DNA from: a bacterium
GTDB lineage: Bacteria; Patescibacteriota; Minisyncoccia; Phycocordibacterales; UBA6065
Length of the DNA stretch: 64,000 bases
NCBI GenBank assembly: GCA_030680695.1
Contig: JAUXUT010000149.1
Span: forward strand, 469,768-533,767
Direction of reading: 5' to 3'
Part shown: in pieces, positions 1 to 9,722 of the stretch
Layout of the letters: every line of letters starts with the position of its first letter
How positions within the stretch are numbered: the stretch's first letter is position 1
Notes under the pieces: generated by a model
Told to the model about the DNA's origin: nothing
Databases searched by the model: none
The model's input: the letters and a program-made list of their open reading frames with translations, nothing else
Made by a program: the position numbers and the translations under genes

Positions 1-362
1 GGGCGCATGAAGCTACGAAGAAATATGCAAAGACGTGAACGATCGCAACCAAACCTTCCATGCGTTCGAAGTTAGACCAGATGCTCTTGAGTGGATTCTG
101 TCCAAAGGCATCGGCAAGAGCAACGACCACCGTGAAAGCCACGAAAGACCACAGCAAAGAAGATATACGCGGACGGAACGCGGAGTCGCGCAGGGCAAGA
201 AGAAGCCATGCGGCGAGCGCGATTTCAGTCAGTGCCTTGAAGAAAAGACTCTTACCGACAATGAATGGAAAAAACAAAGAATCGGCAACAATGAGAGGGG
301 TGAAGAGCGCCGCACAAAGTGCTCCTATGGCGGTCCATTTCAGATATTTGTTGAGTTCCATG
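1..362 (-). CDS. integral membrane protein, N-terminal 120 aa only (gene runs off window start)
   Basis: Hand translation of reverse strand from ATG at 362-360: MELNKYLKWTAIGALCAALFTPLIVADSLFFPFIVGKSLFFKALTEIALAAWLLLALRDS...; several hydrophobic helices; no stop before position 1. Confidence 0.4.
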
Positions 363-371
363 ATGGTTTTG

Positions 372-2150
372 TTAATTCCCCAAGTCGAGCAGTTTTTTTA
401 ATACATCTTCCGGTACTTCTTTCTGTCCCCCGCTCTCCACCTTAGTCTCTGGCTTTGGTTTATTGACGGATTCTTGAGGTGGACGTTTCGGGGCTTCTGC
501 AGGTTTCGGTTGGTTGGTCGGTGGCTTGATAACCGAAAGATTTGCGAGTGCGGCACGTAAGTCCTGTTTACTTTCTTCGGTCACACCCTTTCTTTCTGGC
601 TTGTGTTGTGGTGGTCGCTGATACGCCTGCGGCTTTAAATCTTTGAGCGACTGAAATCCGTCCGTTGGGTCCAACGGTGGTACTGGTCGATCTGGTTTTT
701 CCGGTCTAGGAACCTGTTGTGGTCTTGGTGCTTGTTGTGGCTGTGGTCGTGGTGCTTGATATGTGACTGGCGCAACCTTTGGGCGAGCCTGTTTAGTGTT
801 GTAAGGGGCGGATGCTGGTGCCGAAGCTTGTGTTGGAGCTGATGGTCCGTCAACAGCTGCGTCACCGAGCACCTGTCGGCGTATATCTTCCTCTACCTTG
901 GAACGCAATTGACCGTAATTTGCGCGCGATGCTTGCAACGCCTGTTCCCTATACGATATTGCTGGCAACGGCACAGGTGGAAGTCCGACAGCTGAAAACG
1001 GCTGCGACCCCACCCCATCAATCATGAGCCTTAAATACATCTGATACTTACCCAAGTTCACAATATCGTCGGCTGTAAACTGTGGCGCAAATTCTTTCTC
1101 GAACTGCTCAGCATCGATCGAGCCCACGCGGAACACAATCATGGTGCCAACGTTTCCGAATACGGCGGCACGTACTTCTTCCGACATCTGCTCGACATAT
1201 TGGTGAGCGATAGTGAGATTGAGCTTGTATTTGCGGGCCTCCGACAAAATATCGGCAAACGATTCGTTGGCAAACGATTGGAACTCGTCCACAAAGAGAT
1301 AGAAATTTGGAAGCGACTTCATCTGCTTCTCGGAAACATCTGCACGGGACATTGCTCCGAGGTAAATCTTCGTAATGAACATTGCACCGAGCAAGTTCGC
1401 GTTCGACTCACCCACACGGCCTTTGGATAGGTTGACGATGATGATCTTCCTCTCGTCCATCATTTTCCTGATGTCGAAAGATGACTTCGGCTGACCGATA
1501 ATGTTTCGAATGAGCGGATTGTTGGTGAACTGACCAATCTTGTTTTGGATAGCCGGCGTTGCCTCGGCGGCAAATTTTTCGGTGTATTTTGCAAATTCAT
1601 CAACCCAGAAAGACTTCACCGCCGGGTCTGTGACGTTATCGACGACTTTCTTGCGGTATTCCTTGTCGGCGTACATCTTGTTCACGCCAAGGAGCGTTGC
1701 GCCTGGATATTCAAGAAGCGCAAGCAAGGTATTCGAAAGTATGTATTCCATGCGGGCAGACCAGGCGTCGACCCAGATTTTCTTGAACGTCGACATAAGG
1801 CCAGATACGACGAGGTGGCGTTTGTCGTATCCCACGTCTTCCATGACATTAAAGGCGATTGGATGTTCGACGTCGAACGGTGCAAAGTACACAACGTCCT
1901 TGAGGCGGCTCTCAGGGATATAGTTAAGCAATAGCTCGGCCGTCTTACCGTGCGGATCAATGAAACAAAGCCCTTCCCCACCTTGGATGTCCTGAATGGC
2001 CATGACTTCAAGTAGGTTGGACTTTCCCATGCCCGTCTTTCCGATGACGTACATGTGGCGAGTTCGGTCCTCGGCCTTGATGCCGAACTTCACGCGTTTG
2101 TTGCGCGCATCCGTCTCGGCGAAATATGTAATCTTGTCGTCGCTCGTCAT
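372..2150 (-). CDS. VirD4/TraG-family (type IV coupling protein-like) P-loop ATPase with Pro/Gln-rich disordered C-terminal tail
   Basis: 592 aa ORF; Walker A VIGKTGMGKS, Walker B YLFVDEF, conserved TIAHQY block; C-terminal ~150 aa of PxP/PQ repeats; ATG at 2150. Confidence 0.6.
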   Translation of the reverse strand: MTSDDKITYFAETDARNKRVKFGIKAEDRTRHMYVIGKTGMGKSNLLEVMAIQDIQGGEGLCFIDPHGKTAELLLNYIPESRLKDVVYFAPFDVEHPIAFNVMEDVGYDKRHLVVSGLMSTFKKIWVDAWSARMEYILSNTLLALLEYPGATLLGVNKMYADKEYRKKVVDNVTDPAVKSFWVDEFAKYTEKFAAEATPAIQNKIGQFTNNPLIRNIIGQPKSSFDIRKMMDERKIIIVNLSKGRVGESNANLLGAMFITKIYLGAMSRADVSEKQMKSLPNFYLFVDEFQSFANESFADILSEARKYKLNLTIAHQYVEQMSEEVRAAVFGNVGTMIVFRVGSIDAEQFEKEFAPQFTADDIVNLGKYQMYLRLMIDGVGSQPFSAVGLPPVPLPAISYREQALQASRANYGQLRSKVEEDIRRQVLGDAAVDGPSAPTQASAPASAPYNTKQARPKVAPVTYQAPRPQPQQAPRPQQVPRPEKPDRPVPPLDPTDGFQSLKDLKPQAYQRPPQHKPERKGVTEESKQDLRAALANLSVIKPPTNQPKPAEAPKRPPQESVNKPKPETKVESGGQKEVPEDVLKKLLDLGN

Positions 2151-2210
2151 GCTTCTGGTATTATCCCATTTCCTTGCAGATATGAAAAGAAAGTAGGCTA
2201 GCTACATAAG

Positions 2211-2245
2211 AAAAGGCGCGCCTCAGGGGAGGCGCGCCGTTTTTC
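2211..2245. terminator. intrinsic terminator hairpin (bidirectional A-run/hairpin/T-run)
   Basis: aaaaggcgcgcc-tcagggga-ggcgcgcc-gttttt. Confidence 0.6.
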
Positions 2246-2250
2246 AAACG

Positions 2251-2571
2251 TCAGACTGCGCGGCGGCAGCAGCCAGGACGAGCGCTCAACCGGCGATCGA
2301 ACGTGACCTTCCTGCCCTGGAGGGCGGGATGGAGTTCGGTTCCTTCGCCGATTGACTGGAACGCAATTTCCCCGAGGGGAGTCGGTTCCGTTTCTTCTTG
2401 CTCATCCTTGTCCTTATCCTCAACTTCCTCTGCCGCCTGCTCGCGCGGGCTCTCAGAGAAACCAAGGATTTCGGCAACCGTCGCGGCCTTGTGGAAAACT
2501 GGCCGGCTAACGGGTTTGAAAGCGGCGTCGATTGACGCCGCGTCTGACGTTGCAACGTGTGCTGTTGTCAT
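2251..2571 (-). CDS. acidic hypothetical protein (start taken at MTTAHV; track ORF extends to 2643)
   Basis: ORF with acidic EEVEDKDKDEQEETE stretch, terminator immediately downstream; ATG at 2571. Confidence 0.35.
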   Translation of the reverse strand: MTTAHVATSDAASIDAAFKPVSRPVFHKAATVAEILGFSESPREQAAEEVEDKDKDEQEETEPTPLGEIAFQSIGEGTELHPALQGRKVTFDRRLSARPGCCRRAV

Positions 2572-2703
2572 TTTCTGTCTTCTTGGAGGTTCTAGCGGTC
2601 TCCAGGGCCCTGGAGACGGGCGTGAGACAATCCCACGCTCCAAGGGAAAAGTCTACTCCTTTCTATACAAAAGTCTAGTTTTTCGCACACTGGATCTGTA
2701 TAA

Positions 2704-2731
2704 GAAAAAACCGCCCTCTGTAGGGCGGCTT
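2704..2731 (-). terminator. intrinsic terminator
   Basis: aaaaaaccgccctc-tgta-gggcggctt; T-run on minus strand directly after the 2749 gene. Confidence 0.6.
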
Positions 2732-2748
2732 GAAAACTGATAGGCGGG

Positions 2749-3207
2749 TCACGAAACCCGTCGGCAAACCGGAGGAGCGAATGCATGAGCTCCCTGTGCC
2801 GGCACGTTTCCCAGATAACTTTCTCTGGGCGGCCCGATGTAACGGGCAGCACGAACCTTTGACTCCTCGAGGAGTCGGAGATTCTCACGCAGCCTGCTTG
2901 CGCAAGCGTCGCAGCATTCCATGTGAGGATCACCCGCCGGAACTGGCAAGGAGTCAATTGGTGCGAGGTGCTTGTTTTCCTTGAGCTTGCGGCACAGGAA
3001 ACACAGGAAGCTGCCGTTCTTCACAAACACCATCCACTGGCGCCAGTTGAAGAACATTGCAACGGTGACCCAAAAAATCATGAGCGACCACCGGTATTCC
3101 GAAGTCCAGGCCGTGCCGATGACGAGCACTGTGGCAATCACACTGAACAAGGTGCGTTGGACGAGCTTGCGGCGCCCTTCCAGACGCTGCTTTTCGAGTC
3201 TATTCAT
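2749..3207 (-). CDS. hypothetical membrane protein with two TM helices and Cys cluster (CFLC...HMECCDAC)
   Basis: 152 aa ORF, ATG at 3207, own terminator. Confidence 0.4.
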   Translation of the reverse strand: MNRLEKQRLEGRRKLVQRTLFSVIATVLVIGTAWTSEYRWSLMIFWVTVAMFFNWRQWMVFVKNGSFLCFLCRKLKENKHLAPIDSLPVPAGDPHMECCDACASRLRENLRLLEESKVRAARYIGPPRESYLGNVPAQGAHAFAPPVCRRVS

Positions 3208-3269
3208 TTTGAATGAGCCCTTTCTTTGCTTGGTTGAAGGTTGTTTAATTCACTATACATTATAGCACC

Positions 3270-4547
3270 TTACTGCCCGTCTGTCAAAAGAGCGGCGCGG
3301 GTATACCTGTTCCCTGCATTCCACAACAGCCATGAGTCGAGACCCGTATCATATGTGGCCTGAATCTGGGCTCGCACCATTTCGGCGGTGTATGGAACAG
3401 GATAGTTGTTATCCTGAAGCCATGGTCGCAATTTCTTGGGATCGAAAGATGGCTTGGCATACAGTGCAGGCGTCGAAGTGCCGATTCGGGCATCTGGAAA
3501 CACGACAGTGGTCGTCGTGGCGATTGTACGAGCCACAGCTTTGTCCATGGAAACCTTAATCACCTGATAAACATTCTTGTTGGGGTCGCCGAGATTATAA
3601 AAATTGTTCGGATAATGCGACGGGTATACCATTGGCGATATGTAGTCGAAATAAGGCAATGCATATTCGAGAACCTGACCGATGTTGAGGTCATCCGTAT
3701 TCGTAGTTGTCATGCCGAAAAGGTCGGCTGATATGACTATGCCTTCAGGCGAAAGTTTTTCGTGCAAGTACGAGAAAAATTCGCGCATGATTTCAGCCTT
3801 TGGGTTTGTGCCGCTCCATGGATACCAAATATCTTTCATGTTCCCGTCAGATGGGAATCGGATGTAGTCGAATTGAATCTCGTCGACACCTATTGCGTGT
3901 GTTTCGCGAGCAAGCATCACCATATAATCCCAATAAGGCTTAGCTGATGCATCGATCCAGGGAATACCCTTGTGGTCACGCCAGACAGTCGTGGTCGAGG
4001 TTTGGGTTTTTACCGCCCATTCCGGTTTTTCCTTGACCATGAATGTGTCCTGAAACACGGCGAGACGCGCAATGACATATATTCCCTTCGCGTGCAGTTC
4101 ATCGATAAAATCTTGCATGTCTTTTACGAAACATCCTCCACCCTCTGCAGGTTGGAGTATATCCGCGCCAGTATCAAACGTTATGCGGCCGTCATACGAC
4201 TTAACGTCAATGACGATTGTGTTTAGTTCTGTCTCGTCGACGAGCTTAACCAGATTGTCGCGCAAAGACTTCGAACCGGCGACGCAAGATGTCATGTATA
4301 TGCCACGGACGGCATCTGGCGTCGCCACATATGTAGCTTTACGGCCCTCTGGTTCCGACGCCTCGACAACATCAATCTGCGCGGCGCTTGATGTGCCCAT
4401 TCCATTCGCCTCATATCGCATATCAGAATGCGATGGTATTCCGATATAAAGCCCGACGAAAGCGAATACAAAGACAGTGACAAGGCCAGCGCCAGTGCGA
4501 TAAGCCTTGACGCTCTGTCTGTTCATCTTCGTCCCATCATCTGCCAT
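3270..4547 (-). CDS. putative glycoside hydrolase-like TIM-barrel protein (DUF4015 family), membrane anchored
   Basis: Motifs NTIVIDVKSYDG, GIYVIARLAVFQD, GVDEIQFDYIRFPSDG typical of DUF4015; N-terminal TM; start taken at MADDG ATG overlapping upstream stop (TAATG). Confidence 0.65.
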   Translation of the reverse strand: MADDGTKMNRQSVKAYRTGAGLVTVFVFAFVGLYIGIPSHSDMRYEANGMGTSSAAQIDVVEASEPEGRKATYVATPDAVRGIYMTSCVAGSKSLRDNLVKLVDETELNTIVIDVKSYDGRITFDTGADILQPAEGGGCFVKDMQDFIDELHAKGIYVIARLAVFQDTFMVKEKPEWAVKTQTSTTTVWRDHKGIPWIDASAKPYWDYMVMLARETHAIGVDEIQFDYIRFPSDGNMKDIWYPWSGTNPKAEIMREFFSYLHEKLSPEGIVISADLFGMTTTNTDDLNIGQVLEYALPYFDYISPMVYPSHYPNNFYNLGDPNKNVYQVIKVSMDKAVARTIATTTTVVFPDARIGTSTPALYAKPSFDPKKLRPWLQDNNYPVPYTAEMVRAQIQATYDTGLDSWLLWNAGNRYTRAALLTDGQ

Positions 4548-4705
4548 TAGGAGCGCGCCTTTCCGGCGAGATATGCGAGGGTCGCCACTGCGACTGCCGA
4601 CGCGATGATAAGTACCTGCTTCCAAGACTGCGGTATGCCGAGAAGTGGAGTCGACGCGATGATCACAATAAAGCTCAAAGCGATGATGGTGTTTCTGTAT
4701 CTCAT
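4547..4705 (-). CDS. small 2-TM membrane protein (52 aa), translationally coupled to downstream hydrolase-like gene
   Basis: Hand translation: MRYRNTIIALSFIVIIASTPLLGIPQSWKQVLIIASAVAVATLAYLAGKARS*; stop TAA overlaps next ATG (TAATG); below 60-aa track cutoff. Confidence 0.3.
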   Translation of the reverse strand: MRYRNTIIALSFIVIIASTPLLGIPQSWKQVLIIASAVAVATLAYLAGKARS

Positions 4706-4727
4706 GCCCGTAGTATAAACGATGGAC

Positions 4728-5396
4728 CTATGCGTTTACAATGACCACAAACTCACCACGTATGGTTTCCGGCTTGGCCTTGAATGCGGCGAGCACTTCT
4801 TCAGCTGTCCCAGACACGTACGATTCATGTATTTTGGTCATCTCGCGGAGCACGGTGACGGTCTTGCCACACCCAACGAGCGATTCGAGGGTTTTCTCGA
4901 TGCGGTGCGGGGATTCATAGAAAACATAAGGTCTTTCGCCGGTCTTTATTTCCTCGAATATGGTTTGTCGGCCTTTCTTGTGCGGCAAGAAGCCAAGGAA
5001 TACAAACTCGTGCAAGGGCTTACCTGCAATTGATACCGCAGCGGCGAGGGCTGATGGACCAGGTACAGCAACAACGGATGCCTCTGGTATCCTGCGGCGC
5101 ACTTCAGACACGAGAAGCATGCCTGGATCAGAAATACCAGGCGTGCCAGCGTCGGACACAAGTGCGATATCCTTCCCTTCTTCAAGCAGGGCCACAATGC
5201 GGTCCATTTTAGACAATGGACTTTGGGCATGGAAGCTTTCCGTTGGTACGCGTATGTCGTATCGATCGAAAAGCACGCGTGTGGTGCGTGTGTCTTCGCA
5301 GAACACAACAGCACATTCCTTGAGCACGCGAACGGCGCGGAAGGTCATGTCCTCGAGATTGCCTATGGGTGTAGCGACGATATATAGAGTAGCCAT
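4728..5396 (-). CDS. rsmI: 16S rRNA (cytidine1402-2'-O)-methyltransferase RsmI
   Basis: 222 aa; MATLYIVATPIGNLEDMTFRAVRVLKE...VSDAGTPGISDPG tetrapyrrole-methylase fold, classic RsmI N-terminus. Confidence 0.9.
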   Translation of the reverse strand: MATLYIVATPIGNLEDMTFRAVRVLKECAVVFCEDTRTTRVLFDRYDIRVPTESFHAQSPLSKMDRIVALLEEGKDIALVSDAGTPGISDPGMLLVSEVRRRIPEASVVAVPGPSALAAAVSIAGKPLHEFVFLGFLPHKKGRQTIFEEIKTGERPYVFYESPHRIEKTLESLVGCGKTVTVLREMTKIHESYVSGTAEEVLAAFKAKPETIRGEFVVIVNA

Positions 5397-5426
5397 GGTT
5401 GGGTTGCGGCGTATATACTATGCATC

Positions 5427-6614
5427 ATGACTATACGGCTCAGAAAACCCCTTGTCTATGTGACGCGGGACATCGAACGAGCACTCGGCCGCGAGCCGAA
5501 GGATGGTTATTTCGTTATATCAAACGACACACCTTACGGTCGCATGGTGCGCGAACGATATCCAGACAACGTTTGGCTCGTCGGACCAGATCCTTCGGGC
5601 GAGCAATTCGACACGTATGGCCTCCTTTCCCTTCCGTCGGTCGCGCAGGCCATACTCGAACGCGGTGCAGATGTGCTCGTGTTCCAGAACACAGCGCGCA
5701 TCGAACGCCTTGCGTCGGAACGAGGATGGAATCTTCTTAATCCGAGTGCGGCGCTCGCGAAAGAAATCGAAGAAAAGGTTTCGCAAATCGCCTGGCTCGA
5801 AAAAGATGCGGAACTCCTGCCACCACACCGCATCGCGAAAATGAAAGATGTGGTATTTGAAGGTAAACGATTCGTGCTTCAATTCAACCACTCGCATACT
5901 GGCGAAGGCACACATGTGATTGAGTCGGCTGATGCGCTGTCGGCGCTCGCTGTAAAGTTCCCGGAACGTGAATGTCGTGTCGTTGAATTCGTTGATGGCC
6001 CTGTGCTCACCGTGAATGTTGTTTCTGGATCCTGGCCGATTATCGGATCAATCAGCTATCAGATCACCGGCATAGCACCGTTCACTGACCTTCCCTTCTC
6101 GACTATCGGTAACGACTGGTCGCTCGCCGCATCGGCGGAATTTACAAATAAAGACCGTGCAACAATAAGGTCAATGGCGAGAAAAATTGGCCGACGCATG
6201 CATCGATCAGGATGGAAAGGTCTTTTCGGCATCGACGTTGTAAAAGATTCAACAACAGGCAAGATACACCTTCTTGAAATAAATGCTCGTCAACCCGCCT
6301 CTACCGCTTTCGAGTCACAGCTCCAGACGAAGACCACGATATTCGATGCCCATATCGCGGCACTGCTCGGTCGCTCGTGGAAAATCTGGCGCCTTTCCCC
6401 ATTGAAAGGCGGCTCGCAAATAGTTAAGCGCAAAACAGAAAAGACTCATACCGTTGATACCAAAGCGCTCGAATCCAAAGGTCTCGCCGTAATAAAATAT
6501 GAGGCCGGCCCACATAACAAAGAACTGTTCCGTATACAGTCAAATGAGGGTGTTATAGCAGGCCATGGTAGGCTTAATGCCCTAGGTAACTTCATAGCAT
6601 CATGCATCCGATAG
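5427..6614 (+). CDS. ATP-grasp superfamily ligase
   Basis: 395 aa; K-x-Gly-rich loop (KRFVLQFNHSHTGEGTHV), E-x-hydrophobic-x-G (RVVEFVDGPVL), GLFGIDVV...HLLEINARQ Mg/ATP motif. Confidence 0.6.
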   Translation: MTIRLRKPLVYVTRDIERALGREPKDGYFVISNDTPYGRMVRERYPDNVWLVGPDPSGEQFDTYGLLSLPSVAQAILERGADVLVFQNTARIERLASERGWNLLNPSAALAKEIEEKVSQIAWLEKDAELLPPHRIAKMKDVVFEGKRFVLQFNHSHTGEGTHVIESADALSALAVKFPERECRVVEFVDGPVLTVNVVSGSWPIIGSISYQITGIAPFTDLPFSTIGNDWSLAASAEFTNKDRATIRSMARKIGRRMHRSGWKGLFGIDVVKDSTTGKIHLLEINARQPASTAFESQLQTKTTIFDAHIAALLGRSWKIWRLSPLKGGSQIVKRKTEKTHTVDTKALESKGLAVIKYEAGPHNKELFRIQSNEGVIAGHGRLNALGNFIASCIR

Positions 6615-7396
6615 GAACAGAAGCATTGGGACCAGGAGCACGAACGGTTATAGACCGGTATCTTTCTCTGCCTATTGGTGCGAAACCATCGTGCCCATAT
6701 TTCAATAATCGACGCAGAAACTCGCGTGGCGGACTTCGTGCGCTCAAGGGAAAAGGCTCGCCAGAAGAAATAGCGGAAGAAGCAGAGATACGAGCACTCC
6801 AGACCCGCGTCGCCATCAAAGACTTGTCCACCGACAAACTTAAAGAGTTCCTTGTCGACCAGGATCTCGGCGTCGACTGCTCTGGTTTCGCATATCACGT
6901 ACTCGGAGCGGCACTTTTCGAAAAGAACGGCAAGTACCTCGGCCGCACCTTGCGATTCAAGCGTTCAGGATTCGCGGCGAGCCTCATCACTCGCCTCCGC
7001 CCAGCCGAAAATGCTGGCGTATCTGCATTCCGTCTCGACGAGAACAGCGTCGAAATTCCCGTCGCTGATGTACGGCCTGGTGATTTCATTACGTTCATAG
7101 GTACTGGCAAAGACAAATCGTATAACCATATCGTCGTCATCACTGGTGTAGATCGGGCAACTGGTGACAAAGAAGATGCGAGCGACATGCGTCTTTCATA
7201 CGCGCATTCATACGCGTGGCCGACAGACGGTGTTTATGGCCATGGTGTACGCGAGGGCGACATACTTGTTAAGGGCGGCGACCTTCTTGGTGGAACATGG
7301 AAGGAACGTGGTGCTGTTGGCAACGAAAACTTCACCTACACGAGTGCCTGTGACGCGCAAGAACTCACCCTCCGTCGCCTGCGGTCAATGATTTAG
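6602..7396 (+). CDS. papain-fold (NlpC/P60- or CHAP-type) cysteine peptidase-like protein, overlaps ATP-grasp gene by 13 nt
   Basis: VDCSGFAYHVLG nucleophile-Cys motif followed by NHIVVITG His motif; 264 aa. Confidence 0.45.
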   Translation: MHPIGTEALGPGARTVIDRYLSLPIGAKPSCPYFNNRRRNSRGGLRALKGKGSPEEIAEEAEIRALQTRVAIKDLSTDKLKEFLVDQDLGVDCSGFAYHVLGAALFEKNGKYLGRTLRFKRSGFAASLITRLRPAENAGVSAFRLDENSVEIPVADVRPGDFITFIGTGKDKSYNHIVVITGVDRATGDKEDASDMRLSYAHSYAWPTDGVYGHGVREGDILVKGGDLLGGTWKERGAVGNENFTYTSACDAQELTLRRLRSMI

Positions 7397-7460
7397 GACT
7401 AACCCGGACTGCGTGCATGTCGCTTTCCAAGAAACCTGTTTCGGCTATACTTGGTCGTAT

Positions 7461-8573
7461 ATGACCGATCTGAGCACGACCGTCGTAGGATACGCCATAC
7501 TTTCCTGCCTTGTGAGCCTCGCCTGGGCACCATTGCTCATAGGTACTTTGCGCCGCTTCAAGGTAACGCGTAACAACAAATACGACTTGGCGCTCGCCAT
7601 GGAATCGAACCATCACAAGGCGAACACCCCGATCATGGGCGGACTTCTCGTCATCGTAACTGTTGCCCTGCTCACGTACTTTTTCAACTGGGACCGCCGA
7701 TACACATGGGTGCCAATGGGTGTGATGTTGCTCTCTGCTCTGCTCGGTGGCACAGACGACCTTCTCAATGTATTCGGAAAGGAACGACGGCAACGAACCT
7801 TGTCACAGACAATGACGCTCATCCGTGTGCACAAGAGCATTTTTGTGCGAGCATGGCACCTCATAACTTTGCCGTGGACATGGCTTAAACGAGCGACGAC
7901 AATCTTTGGATCAAAGCAGAGGCGTGGCGTACTCGTACACGAGAAACTCATTCTGCAGTTCCTCGCAGGAGCCATCGCCGCATGGTGGATATATTGGAAG
8001 CTTGGCGCGTCATGGCAAGAACTCTATGTGCCGTTCATTGGTCTCGTCGACATTGGGATTCTCATCGTGCCACTCATCATATTAGTCGTGATGTTTACAG
8101 CGAACGCGGTGAACGTTTCTGACGGCATGGATGGATTGGCCGGCGGAATGCTTATTCCAACTTTCGGGGCATTGTCGTTCCTCGCGGCGCACGGCGGATA
8201 TTCCGAGCTTGCGATACTGAACGCTGTCACAGCAGGGTCACTCGTCGCATATACGTATTTCAATGTAAAACCTGCACGTTTCCAAATGGGCGATGTTGGG
8301 TCGCTCGGCCTTGGCGGATTACTCGCCATAAATGCCTTGGTGACGAATAGCATGGCGATTCTGCCTTTCATCGCCTTCGTGTTCTATGCAGAAGCGGCGA
8401 GCGTCATAATCCAAGCTGTCGGCCGCCACGTCTTTGGGCGCCGCGTATTTCGCATGGCGCCGCTTCATCATCATTTGGAATTGTCGGGTTGGAGCGAGGA
8501 AAAAACCATAATGCGCCTGTGGGTTATACATCTTGCGGCGGTGCTCGTTGGATTGTGGATAGGATTGCACTAA
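7461..8573 (+). CDS. mraY: phospho-N-acetylmuramoyl-pentapeptide transferase MraY
   Basis: MGGLLVIV, DDLLNVFGK, FTANAVNVSDGMDGLAGG, HHHLE motifs; start taken at MTDLS (track ORF from 7413). Confidence 0.85.
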   Translation: MTDLSTTVVGYAILSCLVSLAWAPLLIGTLRRFKVTRNNKYDLALAMESNHHKANTPIMGGLLVIVTVALLTYFFNWDRRYTWVPMGVMLLSALLGGTDDLLNVFGKERRQRTLSQTMTLIRVHKSIFVRAWHLITLPWTWLKRATTIFGSKQRRGVLVHEKLILQFLAGAIAAWWIYWKLGASWQELYVPFIGLVDIGILIVPLIILVVMFTANAVNVSDGMDGLAGGMLIPTFGALSFLAAHGGYSELAILNAVTAGSLVAYTYFNVKPARFQMGDVGSLGLGGLLAINALVTNSMAILPFIAFVFYAEAASVIIQAVGRHVFGRRVFRMAPLHHHLELSGWSEEKTIMRLWVIHLAAVLVGLWIGLH

Positions 8574-8574
8574 A

Positions 8575-9225
8575 ATGGCATACCTCAACTGGGACACAAA
8601 AGTTATAACGGACTTCTCGCCCGAAAACGTCGCCGCGATGTATGACGCCGGGTATGTCCTTACTCGCGTCGACAAAGGCGTCATGAACAAGACGCGATCA
8701 TATCGTGTAGACCTTTCGGCCTACGAGGCGTCGAGCGAAAACCGCCGCATCATGCGCAAATCAGAGCATATCGCCCTCCGCAGGGAATCTATTCCCTATA
8801 CCGCCTATGATTGGTCCATTGGAAAGCTCGCCAAAGATTTCTATGACAAGTTGGGCGCGGATTTTTCCGCAAACAAAGTAAAAGAAATTATGACCGAGAG
8901 CGAGAAAAGCAGTTTCAATACCCTGCTCGTCTTCACTGGGCCGCGGGGCGACGTCGGCTTTGTCGTTTGTTATGAGTCGCGCGACATACTTCATTATTCA
9001 TATCCGTTTTACGTCGAGGATCCAGCCGAACCATCGCGCGGACTCGGCATGATGACCAAAGCCGTCGAATGGGCCAAGGAAAACGGCAAGCGATACTTAT
9101 ATCTCGGCTCGCTCCAACGTCCATCGGATACATACAAATTACAGTTCCGTGGTGGTGAGTGGTTTGATGGTGAGAAGTGGCAGATTGATACCGAGCCCTT
9201 GAAAAACATTTTGAAAGGTATATAA
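8575..9225 (+). CDS. aminoacyl-tRNA-protein transferase-like protein (ATE_C/Bpt-like GNAT-fold domain)
   Basis: SYRVDLSAYEASSENRRIMRK and YLYLGSLQRPSDTYKLQFRGGEWFDGE resemble Bpt/ATE1 C-domain motifs (RVDv..F..SrsqRRvlrr; YvYLGYwi...YKarFrP.E); starts 1 nt after mraY stop. Confidence 0.5.
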   Translation: MAYLNWDTKVITDFSPENVAAMYDAGYVLTRVDKGVMNKTRSYRVDLSAYEASSENRRIMRKSEHIALRRESIPYTAYDWSIGKLAKDFYDKLGADFSANKVKEIMTESEKSSFNTLLVFTGPRGDVGFVVCYESRDILHYSYPFYVEDPAEPSRGLGMMTKAVEWAKENGKRYLYLGSLQRPSDTYKLQFRGGEWFDGEKWQIDTEPLKNILKGI

Positions 9226-9271
9226 TATCGCCACAAGTGCCTTTGGCTCGCCCTCGAAAGAGGGAGAACAG

Positions 9272-9307
9272 AAAAAGCCGTCAGAATAAATCTCTGACGG
9301 CTTTTTG
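9272..9307. terminator. bidirectional intrinsic terminator
   Basis: aaaaagccgtcaga-ataaatc-tctgacggctttttg; overlaps last codons of the MazF-like ORF. Confidence 0.6.
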
Positions 9308-9667
9308 TATTGGCTCAAACCTCTCACGACCAATGAAACAGACGCGCTCGATAAGCCGCCTGGTGTCGATAACACGAATCTGAGAGAGTAAAGCAGAGGC
9401 CTCTTTGCCCTTTACAAGTCCAAGGGGAATCCGCATTGGATGTATCTTTACTGATGAGGTGAGCGGCAGAACGATGCACGTGGAACGACTTAAACCTTTT
9501 ACGATCAAAACTGGCCTGTTAAATCCCTCACCTGTACCGTCCTGCTCGAAACCTATGTTCACACCAAGGTGGCACCACCACACCTCTTGCGCGCGATAGA
9601 CAAGATGTCTGGCTTTGACATCAAGCTCTTTCTTGCATACATTCCATGTATCGAAATCCTTTCTCAC
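9281..9667 (-). CDS. PemK/MazF-family endoribonuclease toxin-like protein (GTG start)
   Basis: EVWWCHLGVNIGFEQDGTGEGFNRPVLIV and TCIVLPLTSS..P.RIPLG match MazF/PemK core motifs; no adjacent antitoxin ORF. Confidence 0.55.
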   Translation of the reverse strand: MRKDFDTWNVCKKELDVKARHLVYRAQEVWWCHLGVNIGFEQDGTGEGFNRPVLIVKGLSRSTCIVLPLTSSVKIHPMRIPLGLVKGKEASALLSQIRVIDTRRLIERVCFIGRERFEPIQKAVRDLF

Positions 9668-9722
9668 ATCGAGAGGATATCAGTGTGATATCGGTATAAC
9701 CACAAAAAGTTATAAAATATTT

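Noticed and set aside
2303-2984. Plus-strand ORFs 2303-2740 and 2730-2984 overlapping minus-strand genes
   Set aside because: They are antisense to ORFs that carry their own terminators, and no plus-strand promoter or terminator supports them.
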